Below are positions 59,757-64,000 of a stretch of 64,000 nucleotides of DNA, in pieces. The notes beneath the pieces were generated by a model. That model made no database searches. It saw nothing but the letters and a program-made list of their open reading frames with translations, and was not told the DNA's origin. Within the stretch, counting starts at the first letter, position 1, and every line of letters begins with the position of its first letter. The position numbers and the translations under genes are program-made. The DNA is from Myxococcales bacterium (GTDB taxonomy: Bacteria; Myxococcota; Kuafuiibacteriia; Kuafuiibacteriales; Kuafuiibacteriaceae), in NCBI GenBank assembly GCA_019634385.1, contig JAHQVK010000123.1:1142-65141 (forward strand), read 5' to 3'.

Positions 59757-61325
59757 GTGAGCGGACCAACGCAAGTGCCCCAGAGAATGATAGGATCTCC
59801 ACCGAAACCGGAGATATTCGACGATCGTCGACCTCGCTATGAAATCCTTCGCGTAGTCAATCGTGGCGGTATGGGAGAGATCGCTCTCGCTCGAGCGAAA
59901 GGGGTCAAAGGCTTTGAGAAGCTGGTCGTGTTGAAGCGTCTCCGGGCGGATGCGGAGCGTGAAGACCATATACAGATGTTTGATGTGGAGCAGGAGGTTA
60001 TGTCTCGCATCGAGCACCCCAATATTGTTCAAGTCTTCGACCAGCCATATATCGACGATGTTCCCTATATGGCTATGGAGTACATCCGAGGCCGGAATCT
60101 TGATCAAATTATTCGCGCAGCCCTGCAAGTAGGAAGAGAGTTACCACTGAATCTATCTCTCTCCATTACTTCGGAGGTGCTTCGGGGACTTTCTTTTGTT
60201 CATCGTCTGAAAGATTCTGATGGTCGCCCGTTGGGTGTTGTTCACCAGGACATGACGCCCAGCAATGTGATGGTTTCCTTCTTTGGGGAAGTCAAAGTCA
60301 CCGATTTTGGAATAAGCTATGTCACTTCCCGCGATGGTGGACTTCGGCAGGGTGTGCTTAAGGGGAAGCCGCGATACGTAGCACCCGAAGTTCTAGCGGG
60401 TAAGCGGGTCAACAATCGAGCTGATATTTATGGGGTGGGGGTGGTGTTGTTTGAACTCCTGACCGGAAAGGCTTTGTTTGCTCGACCTTCGATAAAAGAG
60501 ACGCTTTCAGCAGTAGCTCGCAACGAATTGCCTGATTTCGAAACTCAGCTCCACAGGTTTGGACCCGGAGTTGCCAACATTCTCGGTCGCTCATTGCGCA
60601 AGGATCCCGTCGAGCGGTACCAGTCGACGGATGAGATGGCAGCTGAAGTGTTGGATGAACTGAGTCAGCGAGGGGGACCTATGCCCCCCGCGACGGTGGG
60701 ATATCTCGTACGCGAGCTGTTCAGGGAGGACCCGGATGTTCCTGAGTTGGATCCAGCGCTTGAGCAAGCCATCACCCGGGCACCTACAACCTCTGAGCGG
60801 GCGGCGGGTCTGTCTCCACGAAACCTAGATGAAACGCTCAAAGAGCTTGATCGTCTGCTGGGCCCCAGTAATAGTGTGGATCTGTTTACTCTCCCGCCAG
60901 AATTGGCGTTAGAGCTGGATGAACTAACGGATATGGATCCGTTTAATGCGGAAGCGCCAGTTACAGACCCTTATCAACCTCCTTTGGATCGAGTTGGTTA
61001 TCGTTCGGAGGTAGAGGGGCCAGTGACGACTCCGGAGGCGATACCGAAGGCGATGGTTGACGAGGTCAGCTTGCCCCTTGCGGTTCCGGCTTCGGTGCCG
61101 ATGGGGTCCGTGTACGTAGAGCGCCCAACTTCCGATATGGTCAGGGCTTCCCTTCCTTCATCCTCTGGTGTGGAGGAGCTGGCTGCTCAAGCACTGGAAG
61201 ATACGGACGCTCCGATCCAAGAATCGGTGTTGCATGAGGTCCGGATGGCCCACGGCCGCGGCGTGCTACTCGGGTTTATTCTCGGCACTTGTGTATCGTT
61301 TGGGCTTAGACTGTTGGGTATTTGA
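59757..61325 (+). CDS. Ser/Thr protein kinase, C-terminally tail-anchored; paralogue of 12867..14774
   Basis: It has a Gly loop VNRGGMGEIA, VVLKRL and DFGIS. The catalytic loop is HQDMTPSN. The C-terminal TM helix is GVLLGFILGTCVSFGLRLLGI. Confidence 0.85.
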   Translation: MSGPTQVPQRMIGSPPKPEIFDDRRPRYEILRVVNRGGMGEIALARAKGVKGFEKLVVLKRLRADAEREDHIQMFDVEQEVMSRIEHPNIVQVFDQPYIDDVPYMAMEYIRGRNLDQIIRAALQVGRELPLNLSLSITSEVLRGLSFVHRLKDSDGRPLGVVHQDMTPSNVMVSFFGEVKVTDFGISYVTSRDGGLRQGVLKGKPRYVAPEVLAGKRVNNRADIYGVGVVLFELLTGKALFARPSIKETLSAVARNELPDFETQLHRFGPGVANILGRSLRKDPVERYQSTDEMAAEVLDELSQRGGPMPPATVGYLVRELFREDPDVPELDPALEQAITRAPTTSERAAGLSPRNLDETLKELDRLLGPSNSVDLFTLPPELALELDELTDMDPFNAEAPVTDPYQPPLDRVGYRSEVEGPVTTPEAIPKAMVDEVSLPLAVPASVPMGSVYVERPTSDMVRASLPSSSGVEELAAQALEDTDAPIQESVLHEVRMAHGRGVLLGFILGTCVSFGLRLLGI

Positions 61326-62145
61326 TGGCGTCCAGCAGCTGCCTTAAATGAATTTCACGAATCGAGGTTGGCAGCTTATGGCGGAGTTCTACTGTGTCCC
61401 GAGGAGACGCTCCTTGTTGGTAGCCAATCCAGCCGATCAGCTGACGATCCGACCGGGTCAGCACGTACCACCACCGCTCTACGTCGGATATTGATAGGGT
61501 TTGAGCGAACGGTGGAATGGTCCACTCTGGCGCTACTGACAAAGCTCCAAGTCCCACACGAAGTGCTTCCTGACTTTGCTGGGTAGCGTGTCGAAGATTG
61601 ATGGTGTCTGCCACCAAAATAAAATCTGATGCGAGAAAGGTCTCGGGCGTCAGCGAACAAATGGTAGATGCGGCTTGTGGGTACTGACTCACTAAGTCCG
61701 GCCGGCTTCCCAGTTCGAAATCATTTAGCTCAAATCCAGGGGCCATGGTGGTGCCCAGGAGGGCAAATTGCCCTCCTGGTTGCAGCTGTGATCCCTGCCA
61801 GTGTTCTGCTGGCACGTTATACTGGACGTGTTGCCCATGGAGCACGCTCGGCCCAAGTACAACATGGTGATGTCCTCCCTCGGGGTCGAGACGCAGCATA
61901 TCCACCGGGTCTCCTAAGTAGAAATGGTATGTTTCGTCGGTCCTCAAGCGGTGAAGAAAGGAGCGACTACTAGTAGTCAGGAGATAGTAGATAGCGGTTC
62001 CCGCCGCACGAAATGGGCCTTCAGGCGTTGTAGAGGCCCTGGTTACCATAGCCTGACTTCGGTAAGTTTCACGGAAAAAACCACCTTCAAAACCGAGAGG
62101 GGCTAGGCCCAGATGATCGATGAGTTGTTCAGCGGTAGTGATCAC
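61306..62145 (-). CDS. Cupin-domain protein (DUF985-like N-terminal cupin) with uncharacterised C-terminal domain
   Basis: MITTAEQLIDHLGLAPLGFEGGFFRETYRS.. matches the DUF985 cupin N-terminus. Confidence 0.55.
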   Translation of the reverse strand: MITTAEQLIDHLGLAPLGFEGGFFRETYRSQAMVTRASTTPEGPFRAAGTAIYYLLTTSSRSFLHRLRTDETYHFYLGDPVDMLRLDPEGGHHHVVLGPSVLHGQHVQYNVPAEHWQGSQLQPGGQFALLGTTMAPGFELNDFELGSRPDLVSQYPQAASTICSLTPETFLASDFILVADTINLRHATQQSQEALRVGLGALSVAPEWTIPPFAQTLSISDVERWWYVLTRSDRQLIGWIGYQQGASPRDTVELRHKLPTSIREIHLRQLLDAIKYPTV

Positions 62146-62156
62146 GTGATGCTCGC

Positions 62157-63671
62157 TTAGGCAGTATGATCATCCAAGTGGGTATATTCAACCAGAGTGC
62201 GAACGGCAAAGCCGGTGCCGCCTTTAGGGATATATCCGCGTGCTTTGGCCGCAAATACCGGGCCGGCGACATCTAAGTGTGCCCAAGGGACGGTTTGGTC
62301 CACAAATTCGGAAAGGAACAATCCAGCGGTAATAGCTCCGCCACTACGGTCTCCAATATTTTTGATGTCTGCAACGTCACTTTCCAGGTTTTCTCGGAGG
62401 TCTAGGGAAAGGGGCATTCTCCAGAATTTCTCTCCGGAAATCTCCCAGGCCTGTTTCAAACGAGTATATATGTCCTCATCTCGGATAAATGCTCCAGCAG
62501 TGTTGGTCCCAAGAGCCACAATGCACGCTCCAGTTAAGGTGGCTAAGTTGATGACTTCGGTTGGTTTCTGATCCTGGGCGTAAGCGAGGGCATCCGCCAA
62601 TACTAAGCGGCCTTCCGCGTCGGTGTTGAGGATCTCAACCGATATGCCTTTCTTCCCGGTGATGATATCCCCCGGACGAATGGCAGCCCCGTCGGGCATA
62701 TTCTCGGCAGCTCCCACGATTCCGTGGACTATGCAACCGGGTTGACTGACCGCGATCCCTTCCATTGCGCCGAGTACGGCGGCGGCCCCGCCCATGTCGA
62801 TCTTCATGGTCATCATCGCGTCCGGCGGCTTGAGGGACAGCCCGCCAGCGTCGAAGGTTAAGCCCTTTCCTACAAAAGCAATGACTCGGTCGGAGGTTTT
62901 GTTTTTCGGGGTATAGGTGAGATGGATCAGCTTGGGCTCGTGGGATGAGCCTTGACCTACTCCGAGGTGGAGATACATCTCTTCCCGCTCCAGATCTGCG
63001 GCGTGGAGAATGGTGCAGTCCAGTTGGTGGCGGGTGGCGAGCGCCTCTGCCTCCGAGGCTAGACGGCTGGGCACGAGGTCATTTGGGGGCATGTTCACCA
63101 GGTCTCGGGCGAGGTTCACGCCTTGAGCGCAAGCCCGGACTCGCTGGATGCCGGTGTGGAAAGCGGTTTCGTTTACACCGCCCTGTGTGGAGGCAATATG
63201 TAAGTGTTCGACCGTAGGTGAGCGCCCTTTGTCAGATAGGTAGCTCGTATAGCGATAGTTACCAAGGAATACCCCCTCACAGAGTGCAACAATCGGTTGG
63301 ATCGATGATTCTTCGACCGAGTTGTCGTCAGGGATATGGGCTACAATTGCCGCTGCACTGGTACGGTTGGCGACCCGGATCAAGTCTCCCCCAAAGCGGC
63401 GGGCTATCTCTGAAGTGTAGGATGTTTGTTCGCCAAGGCCGTAGATGAAGACTCGTCGAACTGCGGACTTTGATGGAAGACTGACGATGACTTGCTGACC
63501 AGGCTTTCCGGTGAAGTCTTCTTCCGAGCAGCACTGGGAGAGGGCACCGTCTAGTTCCTGGTCCAGCTCGGCAAAGACTGGTCCACGATCGGTGTGATCG
63601 GAAAAGACGCCAATACCGACCATTTGTGCAGGAGCGTTGATCAGGTTGCCAGAGTAAAGGGAAACTTTCAC
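62157..63671 (-). CDS. pepA: Leucyl aminopeptidase (M17 family)
   Basis: ..NTDAEGRLVLADALAYA.. is the M17 signature; further motifs are ..GKGLTFDAGG.. and ..IVGAAENMPDG.. Confidence 0.9.
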   Translation of the reverse strand: MKVSLYSGNLINAPAQMVGIGVFSDHTDRGPVFAELDQELDGALSQCCSEEDFTGKPGQQVIVSLPSKSAVRRVFIYGLGEQTSYTSEIARRFGGDLIRVANRTSAAAIVAHIPDDNSVEESSIQPIVALCEGVFLGNYRYTSYLSDKGRSPTVEHLHIASTQGGVNETAFHTGIQRVRACAQGVNLARDLVNMPPNDLVPSRLASEAEALATRHQLDCTILHAADLEREEMYLHLGVGQGSSHEPKLIHLTYTPKNKTSDRVIAFVGKGLTFDAGGLSLKPPDAMMTMKIDMGGAAAVLGAMEGIAVSQPGCIVHGIVGAAENMPDGAAIRPGDIITGKKGISVEILNTDAEGRLVLADALAYAQDQKPTEVINLATLTGACIVALGTNTAGAFIRDEDIYTRLKQAWEISGEKFWRMPLSLDLRENLESDVADIKNIGDRSGGAITAGLFLSEFVDQTVPWAHLDVAGPVFAAKARGYIPKGGTGFAVRTLVEYTHLDDHTA

Positions 63672-63775
63672 TGCCCTGGTATTGACCGTTGAAAAACCTC
63701 AATCAAGTGAGAGCCATCGACACCGGATATGAATTACGGTGCACCGCCCAGGTTGACCCTCAGATTGGTGGCATT

Positions 63776-63973
63776 CTAGCGCCTGGCCAGGAGTTCCCGC
63801 AGCTCATTGTTCTCATCAGTCAGGCGATCAACGGCTGATTCTAGCTGAGTGACTCGTTCTGCGATCTGGCTTTGCATGACCGCAAGATTTTTGAACTCGT
63901 CAAAGATCATGTCGGCTGAGATCCGCATTGGGCCAGGGGGTTCTTTGGGGGCCGCTGCTGAATGAGTGGTCAT
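63776..63973 (-). CDS. Hypothetical small coiled-coil protein
   Basis: The only support is a 65-aa ORF with a heptad-like C-terminus (..QIAERVTQLESAVDRLTDENNELRELLARR). Confidence 0.25.
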   Translation of the reverse strand: MTTHSAAAPKEPPGPMRISADMIFDEFKNLAVMQSQIAERVTQLESAVDRLTDENNELRELLARR

Positions 63974-64000
63974 ATGCCCGCCATTTCGCTGGTGTGGTAG

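Overview
This is 64 kb of a moderately GC-rich (roughly 55-60%) bacterial chromosome. Most of it is ordinary housekeeping coding sequence: ppx, hemL, the mtnB-mtnD-mtnC methionine-salvage operon, groES-groEL, argC-argB, recA, aat, comM, map, carA-carB, pilT, recX and pepA. Eukaryotic-like signalling genes are common: three Ser/Thr kinases (one with HRD changed to HRG), a double-FHA protein and several TPR proteins. Four things stand out. (1) The left edge (1-2960) looks like a decayed integrative island abutting tRNA-Gly(CCC). It carries a VapBC-like toxin-antitoxin pair, an Mrr-type restriction endonuclease, a redoxin/FGE-sulfatase-like gene broken by a 16-bp tandem duplication, and a tyrosine-recombinase C-terminal remnant 36 nt from the tRNA 3' end. 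(2) Intergenic space is densely populated by three families of small palindromic repeat elements. Family A is about 188 bp with CTAGGGCGTGTCTTTAAGCTCCGG inverted ends and has 9 copies or fragments. Family B is about 180 bp with CTAGCAGGCCATCGGAAAAGTG inverted ends and has 3 copies, each within 120 bp of an A copy and twice fused to it through a shared CTAG. Family C is about 88 bp with 2 copies. The three families occur nested together. No transposase is present in the window. (3) An unusual fused protein (18488-20623) combines a cyclic-nucleotide-binding domain, a polyferredoxin domain and a His-rich membrane domain. It is translationally coupled to a 1257-aa TPR protein that contains a 30-bp tandem repeat, and a Ser/Thr kinase is transcribed divergently. 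(4) recX is detached from recA and sits in a pilT-recX-kinase operon, where the PilT homologue carries a 150-aa disordered tail. No CRISPR array or rRNA was found. All functional calls rest on motif-level reading of the supplied translations and should be confirmed by database search.
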